Shown here piece after piece: positions 18,794-27,446 of a stretch of 64,000 nt of DNA. Both the position numbers and the translations under genes were made by a program. The DNA is taken from assembly GCA_964644695.1 (NCBI GenBank), contig CAZXWN010000001.1, positions 244,869 through 308,868 of the forward strand. Direction: 5' to 3'. Under the pieces are notes generated by a model, which was not told the DNA's origin, searched no databases, and saw only the letters and a program-made list of their open reading frames with translations. Origin of the DNA: an uncultured bacterium. GTDB lineage: Bacteria > UBP4 > UBA4092. How positions within the stretch are numbered: position 1 is the first letter of the stretch; each line of letters begins with the position of its first letter.

Positions 18794-19686
18794 TACTTTT
18801 GAACTTTCTCATTAATTGGATGGATTATCATAGATATGGTTTCAAATCCAGTGACTATGGAAGGAGCTGGTCTGGCTATATCATCTGGATTGATTGTGTA
18901 ATATCGATTATTCTTAATTGCGGATACAGCTTTAAGCTGTTTGAAAGAGGTTGGGATTTTGTGCCCCATTTCACTGCCCATAGCGGCACTGATAATAATA
19001 TCTGGATTAAGTCTGATTATCTGTTCATAATTAATCTGAGGATATTTGGTTTTGGTGTTCCCCATGACGTTTATTCCCCCAGAACGACTGATCAAGTCAT
19101 CCGTAAATGTATTCTGTCCACAGCTAATCATTGGATTTACGGACCAGAGAAAGAGCACCCGTGGTTTGGAACTTTTAGCAACTCTGGATTCTACTTTATT
19201 AATTCTGTTTTGTAGTCCTTGTGCTAACCTGTCTGAATTTGCAGTATGTCCGGTGATGTTGCCAATCTGTCTAATAGTTTCAAGGGTCTGGTTTAAATTG
19301 CGTGGATTTACAACAAAAACCCTGAATTTCAGTTGAACTAATTGATCATAAACCTTCCCCTGGTTACTATCGGCGGTCATTATGATTAAATCAGGTCTTA
19401 GGTGTGCAATGACTTCCAGATTGGGATTTATAAAACCACCCACAATTGTTTTGGTCTGTGCTTTGGACGGATATTTGCACCAGTCAGTTACCCCAACTAA
19501 TTGTTCTTCTGCGCCGATTGCATAGAGTATTTCTGTAATATTGGGAGCGAGAGAAATTATTCTTTTGGGTGATGATGAAATAGTAAGTAACTTTCCCGTT
19601 GCGTCTCTGTAAGAAGAAGCCACAGAAATGCTGCTGATTAAAAATGACAGGACTATTAAAGTTAATAACCTGTATGTCGTCCGCAT
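18793..19686 (-). CDS. btuF: Cobalamin-binding periplasmic protein BtuF
   Basis: RIISLAPNITEILYAIG, LVGVTDWC, PNLE; the ATG at 19686 has a GGAG RBS and is followed by a signal peptide. Confidence 0.87.
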   Translation of the reverse strand: MRTTYRLLTLIVLSFLISSISVASSYRDATGKLLTISSSPKRIISLAPNITEILYAIGAEEQLVGVTDWCKYPSKAQTKTIVGGFINPNLEVIAHLRPDLIIMTADSNQGKVYDQLVQLKFRVFVVNPRNLNQTLETIRQIGNITGHTANSDRLAQGLQNRINKVESRVAKSSKPRVLFLWSVNPMISCGQNTFTDDLISRSGGINVMGNTKTKYPQINYEQIIRLNPDIIISAAMGSEMGHKIPTSFKQLKAVSAIKNNRYYTINPDDIARPAPSIVTGFETISMIIHPINEKVQK

Positions 19687-19796
19687 ACGGCACTCCGTTT
19701 CTAAATGAATCCTGTACGGAGGGGAGGAAGGAAGTAATGCATTCACAAGTATGTGAGAGCACCCACCCCTTTTCTCCGAAGGGATTCGGTTTGACT

Positions 19797-19970
19797 CTTA
19801 CAGGCAGGTTTCCTGACTAAGGGGTCTTCCTAATAGCCGTGTCTTCCCATGTAGATTACACAGTGACAAGGTACGGTTTTCGTAACCCAATACAGTGGCG
19901 GGACCGTGATGGATTTTCACCATCTTCCCTTTTACCCATTTAATCGGATGATTAAATGAGCACCTGTAAG
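19797..19970 (-). ncRNA. Cobalamin (B12) riboswitch
   Basis: Minus strand: CTTACAGGTG...AAAAGGGAAGATGGTGAAAATCCATCACGGTCCCGCCACTGT...GTCACTG...GGGAAG...AGTCAGGAAACCTGCCTGTAAG, i.e. B12 box plus P1 CTTACAGG/CCTGTAAG; upstream of btuF. Confidence 0.93.
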
Positions 19971-19977
19971 ATGATAT

Positions 19978-20007
19978 ATTCTACCAAACATTGAAAAAGA
20001 CTGTCAA
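19978..20007 (-). promoter_or_regulatory. Sigma70-type promoter of the riboswitch/btu operon
   Basis: TTGACA-18 nt-TAGAAT with extended -10 TG; the predicted start falls just before riboswitch P1. Confidence 0.7.
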
Positions 20008-20053
20008 ATCATCCAGAATAATGGAGTTAGTTTGAAAATGGAGGATACCCCAT

Positions 20054-20971
20054 ATGTTAAGAGCTTTAGAGAAAAGACCATTAGTAAAAGACAATATTCC
20101 TGTTACTTTTATCGGATTTGGTGCATTGGAAATTGGCAGAGACTGGGGTTTAGGAAGTCCAGAGGATCGATGTCGGCCTAGTGATGAAGTGGCTGGTATT
20201 GTGTTGAATAAGGTCTTGGATTCTGGGATAAATTTTATAGATTCTGCACGTGCATATCATAGGAGTGAGGAACGAATTGGGAAATATCTGACGAATCGTC
20301 GTTCCGAATATGTGTTAGCGACGAAATGTGGTGAGCACTCGACAGAGCCAACGACCTATTATGATTTTTCATATGAAGCAGTAAAACATTCTATTGATAT
20401 TAGTTTAGAAAAGTTAAAGACAAATCAAATAGATTTGCTTCAGATACACTTTGGGCCTGAACCTGAAAAAGTATTAGCCTCAGGTGATACGTTGCGAGCA
20501 ATGAAGGAAGCTCGAGCTGAAGGAAAAGTAAAATACCTGGGTGCTTCAACTTATGGTGCAATTGCTCAGCAATGCATAGAATCTGGGGATTTTGATGTAC
20601 TTCAACTGGATTATAGTTTATTAAATACAAAGGACAGTGAGTTAATTACTCTTTGTGCCAGTCGTGGTATTGGCGTATTGATAAGGGGTGGGCTTGGATA
20701 TGGTCGCTTAACGAATAAAATTATTCCCAACCTTGATAAAGAAACAGAAGAAAAACGGGCCAAAATAAAAGCACTTCTGGAATTAGTCAATGGAGATACA
20801 TCGTTACTAACCCAAATAGCCCTTCACTTTTTATATCAGAATAAGGGAATTACCTCTATTTTGCTTGGCACAAAAAATGTGGATCACTTACTGCAAAATA
20901 TTGATTATTTGAATCAGGATGTTGATTCTGATATCTTGAAAAAAGCCACTGAAATCGCCTATAAGGAGTAG
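20054..20971 (+). CDS. Aldo/keto reductase
   Basis: IGFGA, FIDSARAY, LATKCG, SLEKLKTNQIDLLQIH, GKVKYLGAS. Confidence 0.9.
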   Translation: MLRALEKRPLVKDNIPVTFIGFGALEIGRDWGLGSPEDRCRPSDEVAGIVLNKVLDSGINFIDSARAYHRSEERIGKYLTNRRSEYVLATKCGEHSTEPTTYYDFSYEAVKHSIDISLEKLKTNQIDLLQIHFGPEPEKVLASGDTLRAMKEARAEGKVKYLGASTYGAIAQQCIESGDFDVLQLDYSLLNTKDSELITLCASRGIGVLIRGGLGYGRLTNKIIPNLDKETEEKRAKIKALLELVNGDTSLLTQIALHFLYQNKGITSILLGTKNVDHLLQNIDYLNQDVDSDILKKATEIAYKE

Positions 20972-21985
20972 TTGATGACGCGTTGTTTAAAGAATTCTGT
21001 GGGGATTTGGAGCTTTGGTATTAATCCAACAGAGCATTTATTGCAGGGATATCATCCTGAATATGGTACCGAGGGAATTATAGACAGGACTAATCGTGCT
21101 GTAGAGGGATTAGGTGATTTGGTGGATGGATTTGAATATCAATATCTTTATGAGATAAATGAATCCAATGCTGAATTAATAAATAATACCCTTGGTTCCA
21201 AAGATATATATTCTATTACTGTCAATCTTTGTATGATGTCGCAATACCGAGAGGGTGACTTTACAAATCCTGACAAACGAAAGAGAACGGAAGTTATTTG
21301 TTTATCGAAAAGCGCTATTGATTTAGCAGCGCAATTTAAGTCCCAAATAGTTCTTAAATATTCCTGTCCGGTCTTTAATCCGAAGGATATAAAAGAATAT
21401 CATAAGGCATGGTGTTTACTCATTGAAGGACTTCAGGAATGTCTTGAATATACGAATCAAAAGAAATTGAATATCTGTTTAAATCATAAACAGCAATCTC
21501 TTTTTGCGGGTTGGAGTAAACAAAGCGATTTGTATGTAATTAATAAATTGAAATCGCAAAATATCGATGTTTCATTTATGAAGATTAATATGAGTTGTCC
21601 CAAATTACAGCAGCAGAAAGTATCTTTAGCGGAGTATTCTGCTTTTCTGGGGATGGAAAAATCACTGGGTCATATTCATGCCAATCCGGGATGTAATGAC
21701 TTGTATGGCAATAGCCCAGAACTAGAAAATACCGTTTTATTTGCTCATACATTACAGAATATCGGATATGGGAAAAATGGTGAAAGAATTGGATTTGATG
21801 TGTTCCCTTATTCGGGTCATCAGATTGAAATAGTGAAAAACAGTATTAAGTATTGGAATTATTGTAATGAAATCGCTTCAAAGCTGAATTTGAAAGTAAG
21901 TGGCTTGGACTCGTCAAAATCAGACAATATGGATATCTATCGTAAGATATACAAAGAAGTGGGAATAAAAAGTGGAATTATATAG
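20972..21985 (+). CDS. Xylose isomerase-like TIM-barrel protein, apparently degenerate
   Basis: NSVGIW, DGFEY, GDFTNPD...R, LGHIHAN, GFDVFPY; several acidic metal ligands appear to be missing. Confidence 0.6.
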   Translation: MMTRCLKNSVGIWSFGINPTEHLLQGYHPEYGTEGIIDRTNRAVEGLGDLVDGFEYQYLYEINESNAELINNTLGSKDIYSITVNLCMMSQYREGDFTNPDKRKRTEVICLSKSAIDLAAQFKSQIVLKYSCPVFNPKDIKEYHKAWCLLIEGLQECLEYTNQKKLNICLNHKQQSLFAGWSKQSDLYVINKLKSQNIDVSFMKINMSCPKLQQQKVSLAEYSAFLGMEKSLGHIHANPGCNDLYGNSPELENTVLFAHTLQNIGYGKNGERIGFDVFPYSGHQIEIVKNSIKYWNYCNEIASKLNLKVSGLDSSKSDNMDIYRKIYKEVGIKSGII

Positions 21986-21999
21986 TTGTTGAAAAGAAT

Positions 22000-22034
22000 A
22001 AAGAGGGACGAGTAATATTCGTCCCTCTTTTTTT
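22000..22034. terminator. Bidirectional intrinsic terminator
   Basis: AAAGAGGGACGA-loop-TCGTCCCTCTTT followed by a T run, between convergent genes. Confidence 0.85.
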
Positions 22035-22037
22035 ATA

Positions 22038-23252
22038 TTAATTTAAAGCTCTGACTAATTCTCGAAGAAACGATTCAGAATCTGTTACCATCCCAATGGA
22101 TTGGGCACTGCCTCGATCCGATAATTTTGTTACAACAGCAGGATTAATATCGACACAGATGGTGTAAACTCGGGCAGGGAGGCAATTCCCCGTAGCAATT
22201 GCATGTAAAGTAGAGGCCACAATCAGGCAGATATCAACTTTCTGAGCCCAATATCTGATTTTGTCTTGTCCTACCATCGAATCCGTTATTACATCAGGTA
22301 AAGGGCCATCATCACGAATAGAACCAGTCAATACATAGGGAACACTGTTTTTAACACAGGAATACATAATGCCTCCACTGAGTATTCCTTTCTCGACTGC
22401 TTTGTGTATAGATCCTGCCTGTCGAATTGTATTAATGGCTCGTAAGTGATTACGATGTCCCCCATGAACGGGTGTACCCTTATCCAGATGGATTCCCAAT
22501 GATGTTCCGAAGAGGTTGCTCTCAATGTCATGGGTCGCAAATCCATTACCTGCTAGTAAAACCTGGATAAATCCTTTTTCAATTAGTTTGGAGACATATA
22601 CCCCAGCGCCAGTGTGAATGACTGCCGGACCTCCGACGAACATAATATTTTTGCCCTGTTTACGAGCGTTTTTGATGTTATGTGCTATCTCTGAAATGAG
22701 AAGATGTTTTGGTTTTTCAGAGGAAACGGAACTATTCATAAAACTGAACACTTCTCCATGTTGACTGCCTGACAACAGGGGAATGACTCGGACACCCTCA
22801 TGACCTACAATCACTCTGTCCCCTTTTTTTATATTAAACAGGGGCCTGCAGTAGGCCTTGAGTTTGACCGGATCAAATATTACGCCACAATCCATTTCAA
22901 TATTTTGAACGGGAATCCATTTGTTGTGATACCAAACTTGGGTTTCAAGGTTAGTCGTAGAATAAAAGTCATCGGGGAATACTCCATTCTTAGGTGCTTT
23001 TTTCCAATGTATCTCATCTTTTTCTTTTACGACGGCTCCGAGCTTTCCAATGGCTGCTAAAATGGAATCCAATGAATCCTGGTCCTTAGCTGAAACCTGA
23101 ATCTGAGTATAACTGGTGTCATCATTGGTTTTACCAAGTTCTATTTCATCCAGTTTGAAATCTCCTCCTAACTCGATTATTTTGTCCAAGGTTTTGGAAA
23201 GAGACATGGAGTTGATGATGTGTCCTTCCAAAGTGATTAATTCACTGGGCAT
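22038..23252 (-). CDS. TIGR00300 / LOR-SDH family protein (ornithine cyclodeaminase of the ArgZ C-terminal type)
   Basis: EGHIIN, PDDFYSTTN, EMDC, FSFMNSSVSSEKP, GPAVIHTG, HDIE, GSIRDDGPLP, LHAIATGN; AAGGAGG RBS before ATG 23252. Confidence 0.85.
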   Translation of the reverse strand: MPSELITLEGHIINSMSLSKTLDKIIELGGDFKLDEIELGKTNDDTSYTQIQVSAKDQDSLDSILAAIGKLGAVVKEKDEIHWKKAPKNGVFPDDFYSTTNLETQVWYHNKWIPVQNIEMDCGVIFDPVKLKAYCRPLFNIKKGDRVIVGHEGVRVIPLLSGSQHGEVFSFMNSSVSSEKPKHLLISEIAHNIKNARKQGKNIMFVGGPAVIHTGAGVYVSKLIEKGFIQVLLAGNGFATHDIESNLFGTSLGIHLDKGTPVHGGHRNHLRAINTIRQAGSIHKAVEKGILSGGIMYSCVKNSVPYVLTGSIRDDGPLPDVITDSMVGQDKIRYWAQKVDICLIVASTLHAIATGNCLPARVYTICVDINPAVVTKLSDRGSAQSIGMVTDSESFLRELVRALN

Positions 23253-23362
23253 AATTACCTCCTTTTCTATTAAGCTGTTTATTAAAAACGATGTCAATCT
23301 CTGGGTAGTATCTACAATTTAGTGAGAATTGTCAAATTGACAGGATTTGAAACAAAAAGAAA

Positions 23363-23390
23363 CATCGAACAAGATCGATCTTGTTCGATG
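23363..23390. repeat. 28-bp palindromic intergenic repeat, copy 2 (perfect palindrome)
   Basis: CATCGAACAAGAT-CG-ATCTTGTTCGATG; arms extend by AA/TT. Confidence 0.9.
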
Positions 23391-23422
23391 TTCCTTCGTT
23401 AATAAATCTATTGTATTTGTGA

Positions 23423-24478
23423 TTAAGAATTGACTTGTAATGGGAACTTAACGGGTTTACCTGTTTTCGAAGATTCATAAATAGCAAGGATAACTTCGAG
23501 GGCTTTCCGACCTTCAGAACCCGTGATGACTGGATCCCGATTTTCTCTGACAGCATCTGCTAAATCGGCAATGATGATTCCATGCCCTTGCATTGAGATG
23601 GCTGTGGGATCTGTGAGTGCCTGGTTAGTTCCATCACCAAATACAAGTTTATCTACCGGATTTCCATCAGGGCCTTTCACCACCCATTTGGAAACGCCTT
23701 CACCAGAAAGCATTATGGTTCCTTCGGAGCCATGCAGTTCTAAGCGATGGGGTACATCGGGATAAACGGAAGTGGTTCCCTCAATAATGCCAACACATCC
23801 ATTTTTGAATTTCACTGTGGCAATAGCCGTATCTTCCACTTCAATATTGTGAACCTGAGTTCGACAGACGGAATAGATTTCATCAACATCACCAGCCATC
23901 CAAAGTAACTGGTCAATCATGTGAATTCCCTGATTCATCAAGGCACCACCACCATCATATTCCCAAGTGCCGCGCCATCCTGCTGAATCGTAATAGGCCT
24001 GAGAGCGATAGTACTTTGCATAAATATCAGCCAGTGCAAGTTTTCCGATTTCGCCAGAGTCTACCGCTTTTTTTATGGATACAAAGGGCTCCTGGAATCG
24101 ACGTTGGAATATACAGGCCAATTTCACATTTGCATCTTTGCAGGCTTTGATCATGGCATCTGCCCGTTCCAGTTTTGTAGCCATGGGCTTTTCAGTTAAA
24201 ACATTTTTTCCATATTTGGCTGCTAGAATCGCCATCTCTGGATGAAGGGAAGATGGGGTACAGATAGATACGCAATCAATATCGTCTCTTTTCAACATTT
24301 CTTCCAGGTCAGTGTAATATTCACAACCGTACTTTTCTGCTTTTTCCCGGGCTTTTTCTTCGATGATGTCGCAGACGGCAATCAATTTTACTCCCTGGGT
24401 TTTAAGCACATTCTCAATGTGCCAGGGAGAAATAACGCCACAGCCAACAACAGCCCAGCCAACAATACCATTTTTCAT
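23423..24478 (-). CDS. Gfo/Idh/MocA family NAD(P)-dependent oxidoreductase
   Basis: VVGCGVI, CTPSSLH, LTEKPMA, FQRRF, GGGALMNQGIH, VEDTA. Confidence 0.9.
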   Translation of the reverse strand: MKNGIVGWAVVGCGVISPWHIENVLKTQGVKLIAVCDIIEEKAREKAEKYGCEYYTDLEEMLKRDDIDCVSICTPSSLHPEMAILAAKYGKNVLTEKPMATKLERADAMIKACKDANVKLACIFQRRFQEPFVSIKKAVDSGEIGKLALADIYAKYYRSQAYYDSAGWRGTWEYDGGGALMNQGIHMIDQLLWMAGDVDEIYSVCRTQVHNIEVEDTAIATVKFKNGCVGIIEGTTSVYPDVPHRLELHGSEGTIMLSGEGVSKWVVKGPDGNPVDKLVFGDGTNQALTDPTAISMQGHGIIIADLADAVRENRDPVITGSEGRKALEVILAIYESSKTGKPVKFPLQVNS

Positions 24479-24481
24479 TAA

Positions 24482-26029
24482 TTAATCCTCCTGATTTGGA
24501 TTATTTGTAGTAAAGAAAGAGGCTCCATCCACAGATGTACAGATTTCACATCCTGAAGGAAGGTCCTTTTTATAATAATAGTTTTTGTTAAGAACATCTA
24601 TTAGATTTTCTGCTGAATCCTCTTTTACGAGAACTAACACACATCCACCCAGACCTGCTCCTGTTAATCCTGCGCCCATTACACCCGGAACTGTTTTTGC
24701 TAAATCCACAATTAAATCCAGTTCTTCACAGCTACAACCATATCCACCGGGTTGCAAATATAACCTTGCATCTGGTTCTCCCCGCATCGCTTCAGAAGTT
24801 AATTTTACGAGTTGCTCATCTGTTACATCATACGTCCAAGGCAGTATCTTTCCATCAGGGGTATGTTGCGTGACTCTATCACCATCATGAGACAAATACA
24901 TAAGTCTACCGAATTTATCAATTTCTCCAGATTTTAAGAACTCAGCACAAACTTCACCTCTGCTGCATTCAGCTAAACCAAATAAACAAACTTTTCGAAC
25001 TTCATATCCACCTTCAGGTTCATCGTGAGAGCTGTAAATTGATTCTAAAGCTTGCTTTTCTTGCGGTAAAATTTGGGTTAGTTCTTGTCGGGTGATTCTA
25101 TGGGGTAATTCTAACAACATGCGATACAGCCAGACATCATCCCTTAATAAGAGGTCTCTTAAATGATGGACTTGTCTGGCAGTTTCAGGAAACTTTTGTT
25201 TAATTAAAAGTAAGGCTACCTGATATGTTGCTACTTTTGAGTTGAAAGTGTTTCTGGCATCTTTTGACTTTACGGCTTTAACCATGGAGTTACACATCAC
25301 AACCTTATATCCTTGTGGGAAAGGAACACGAGTATATGTAAAGGGAAAGAATTGAGCATGAAGTACGCTATCTTTTTTGGAGAAAATCATGGCGGCATGA
25401 TCACCAGCCCCCCCTCGCGTTCCAACATACCACTCACCCATACCACAAAGTTCTGCTAAATCATTATCACCCAATGAAAGACCATTGACCTGAAGTCCAC
25501 ATAATACGGTTCCAACGACTAACGATGATGATGAACTAAGTCCTCCGCCCATGGGAATTTCTGAATCTACCAATAAATTCATTCCATGCAGGGGTGCTTC
25601 AGCAAAATGATCCTGCAGTTTCAATATTCCACCCTTGATATAATTTGACCAATGACCTCTTACTAGTTCTATTGATTGAATATATTGAATCCAGTTGCCT
25701 CTCTGATCTTCGGGAAGTTCATCTGAAAGAGTAAATGTGCAGGATTCAAACTGGGGATTTGTATTTCTAAGTAAGACTTTATCATCTTGCCTTTTTTGAC
25801 AAATGAACCAGGCTTCTTTGTTGATGGCCATGTAATTCACATAACCACCCCGATGTTCGATATGAACACCTTTTAGGTTTATCCGAGCCGGGACTCTCAA
25901 AATAGATACAGGTAAATCATCGCTGAATTCCTGAATAAAAGTATTAAGCATTTTGTGAAGCCGAGAATCACTATATTTTTTAATCCACTGGCTGGGTTTC
26001 ATTTCATTCACTTGTAACATTGTATTCAA
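24482..26029 (-). CDS. Galactokinase-like GHMP sugar kinase with an altered sugar-binding motif
   Basis: PARINLKGVHIEH, IPMGGGLSSSSS, GAGDH, GAGLTGAGLGGC. Confidence 0.8.
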   Translation of the reverse strand: MNTMLQVNEMKPSQWIKKYSDSRLHKMLNTFIQEFSDDLPVSILRVPARINLKGVHIEHRGGYVNYMAINKEAWFICQKRQDDKVLLRNTNPQFESCTFTLSDELPEDQRGNWIQYIQSIELVRGHWSNYIKGGILKLQDHFAEAPLHGMNLLVDSEIPMGGGLSSSSSLVVGTVLCGLQVNGLSLGDNDLAELCGMGEWYVGTRGGAGDHAAMIFSKKDSVLHAQFFPFTYTRVPFPQGYKVVMCNSMVKAVKSKDARNTFNSKVATYQVALLLIKQKFPETARQVHHLRDLLLRDDVWLYRMLLELPHRITRQELTQILPQEKQALESIYSSHDEPEGGYEVRKVCLFGLAECSRGEVCAEFLKSGEIDKFGRLMYLSHDGDRVTQHTPDGKILPWTYDVTDEQLVKLTSEAMRGEPDARLYLQPGGYGCSCEELDLIVDLAKTVPGVMGAGLTGAGLGGCVLVLVKEDSAENLIDVLNKNYYYKKDLPSGCEICTSVDGASFFTTNNPNQED

Positions 26030-27441
26030 CCTCGAAAATATTCGTAAATTAGACTGGAAATGTATAAATCATTTTTATTAAGATTCATTAAACGACTATG
26101 TGCTAAACCCGATGGCCTCGAGTTTATTTCAATAACAACAGGAACCACTTTATTGGAAGTGTCATACTCAATAACGGTATCGACTCCAGCGGCTCCTAAT
26201 TCAAATGAACGGGCATTATTAATGGTTTTTAAGGCTAAGACTGCTGTCTGGGTAATTGTGTCAATATCTGATTGGGATATAGGATATGAATGAAATTGGC
26301 CCTCAATATTGAAGGCTAAAGAAGAAAACAACTCACAGGGTGAGACAATATCACTCCCATGACTTCTGGAGCATATCCAATTGTCGGGCTTAGAAGAAAT
26401 TAGTCCAAAACCAGATTTCGCCTCATAACATCCGTCTTTAGAAAAAACATTCACTCGCAATACAAAAGGATAGAAAACATTCTCTTTCTTGAAATAAAAG
26501 TTACCTCTTCTATGTCTTACTATCATTGAGTTGTTTTTTTCTAAACCCTGGCCGATAAATTGGGTTATTGAAGAGGCTGCCTGTTCATTTCTTTTAAAAG
26601 TTTGGATATCTATGCCTTCAGTCATCCTGTCTGGTTGTGCAATGAAATCATCATTCAATCTATTCGTGTTTAGAAAATTCCTTATGAAGATTTCACTTAT
26701 CGGGCTGGATTTATCAAAGTACATACACTCGGGTGTGGGTATGTTCGGTTTCCAAATTGAGTGGCACCAGGATTTACTATCCGGAGACTTCGATGAATCA
26801 AACTCAGGATTAACTATCTTTACAGCACTATTATGAAATGTCATCGTTAATTCACGATGGACTCTTTGTTCAGTGTCGATATCCAGATGCGTGATAAAAG
26901 CGCACTTAATAAATACGGGCTCTATAAAAGTCTCTTCCACTATAAGGCCCTTGTTATCGATACTTAAGCCTCTGTGGGTTGATGGTGTATTAGTGGAAAA
27001 ATCCAACCAGTCTTTATGTATGCCCATTATACGGATGGGCATACCCTCATTACAGGATTTCCACGAATCATTCTGCATTTGATGGATAGTGTCTTGAATT
27101 AGTGTAGCGCTGGAGTTAAATATGATTGCAAAAACAGGGTCTGTATATGCTGATTGAGGAATGGGATTTACTCGCAAGCATGGGGACTTCAATGTGACTC
27201 TCTCTTGTTGAATTGCTGATACTCTATCCAAGAAAGATTGAAGGACATTACCTCGAGATAATAAATCCCAGTCGATAATGTCGGGATACAGTGTTTTTAT
27301 TGATGAAAGAGACTGATGGAAAGTGTTAATAGGATATAGGTCCTGAAGAATCATCAGCATTACACTGATGTCTTCAGGACCTAATTTATCACTGGGAGAA
27401 TATCCCACTTCCTCACAAACTAGAGTTGTTAACTGATTCAC
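26026..27441 (-). CDS. Hypothetical protein with a C-terminal ATP-grasp-like domain
   Basis: IPTP, QPDRMTEG, LRVNV, AGVD...VIEINSRP (ExN metal motif). Confidence 0.6.
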   Translation of the reverse strand: MNQLTTLVCEEVGYSPSDKLGPEDISVMLMILQDLYPINTFHQSLSSIKTLYPDIIDWDLLSRGNVLQSFLDRVSAIQQERVTLKSPCLRVNPIPQSAYTDPVFAIIFNSSATLIQDTIHQMQNDSWKSCNEGMPIRIMGIHKDWLDFSTNTPSTHRGLSIDNKGLIVEETFIEPVFIKCAFITHLDIDTEQRVHRELTMTFHNSAVKIVNPEFDSSKSPDSKSWCHSIWKPNIPTPECMYFDKSSPISEIFIRNFLNTNRLNDDFIAQPDRMTEGIDIQTFKRNEQAASSITQFIGQGLEKNNSMIVRHRRGNFYFKKENVFYPFVLRVNVFSKDGCYEAKSGFGLISSKPDNWICSRSHGSDIVSPCELFSSLAFNIEGQFHSYPISQSDIDTITQTAVLALKTINNARSFELGAAGVDTVIEYDTSNKVVPVVIEINSRPSGLAHSRLMNLNKNDLYISSLIYEYFRG

Positions 27442-27446
27442 AGTAT

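Noticed and set aside
19687-19746. ORF-track start of btuF at 19746
   Set aside because: The extension lies in the riboswitch expression platform. The ATG at 19686 has an RBS and is directly followed by a signal peptide.
23363-23390. The palindrome as a LexA box (CGAAC...GTTCG)
   Set aside because: The Gram-positive-type SOS box has a 4-nt spacer; here it is 12 nt, and the adjacent genes are not SOS genes.
23332-23556. Small ORFs sharing the peptide TSNKIDLVRC (also 55559..55834, and DLVRC in 42056..42364)
   Set aside because: The shared peptide is just the translation of the 28-bp DNA palindrome. The ORFs overlap real genes and have no other similarity.
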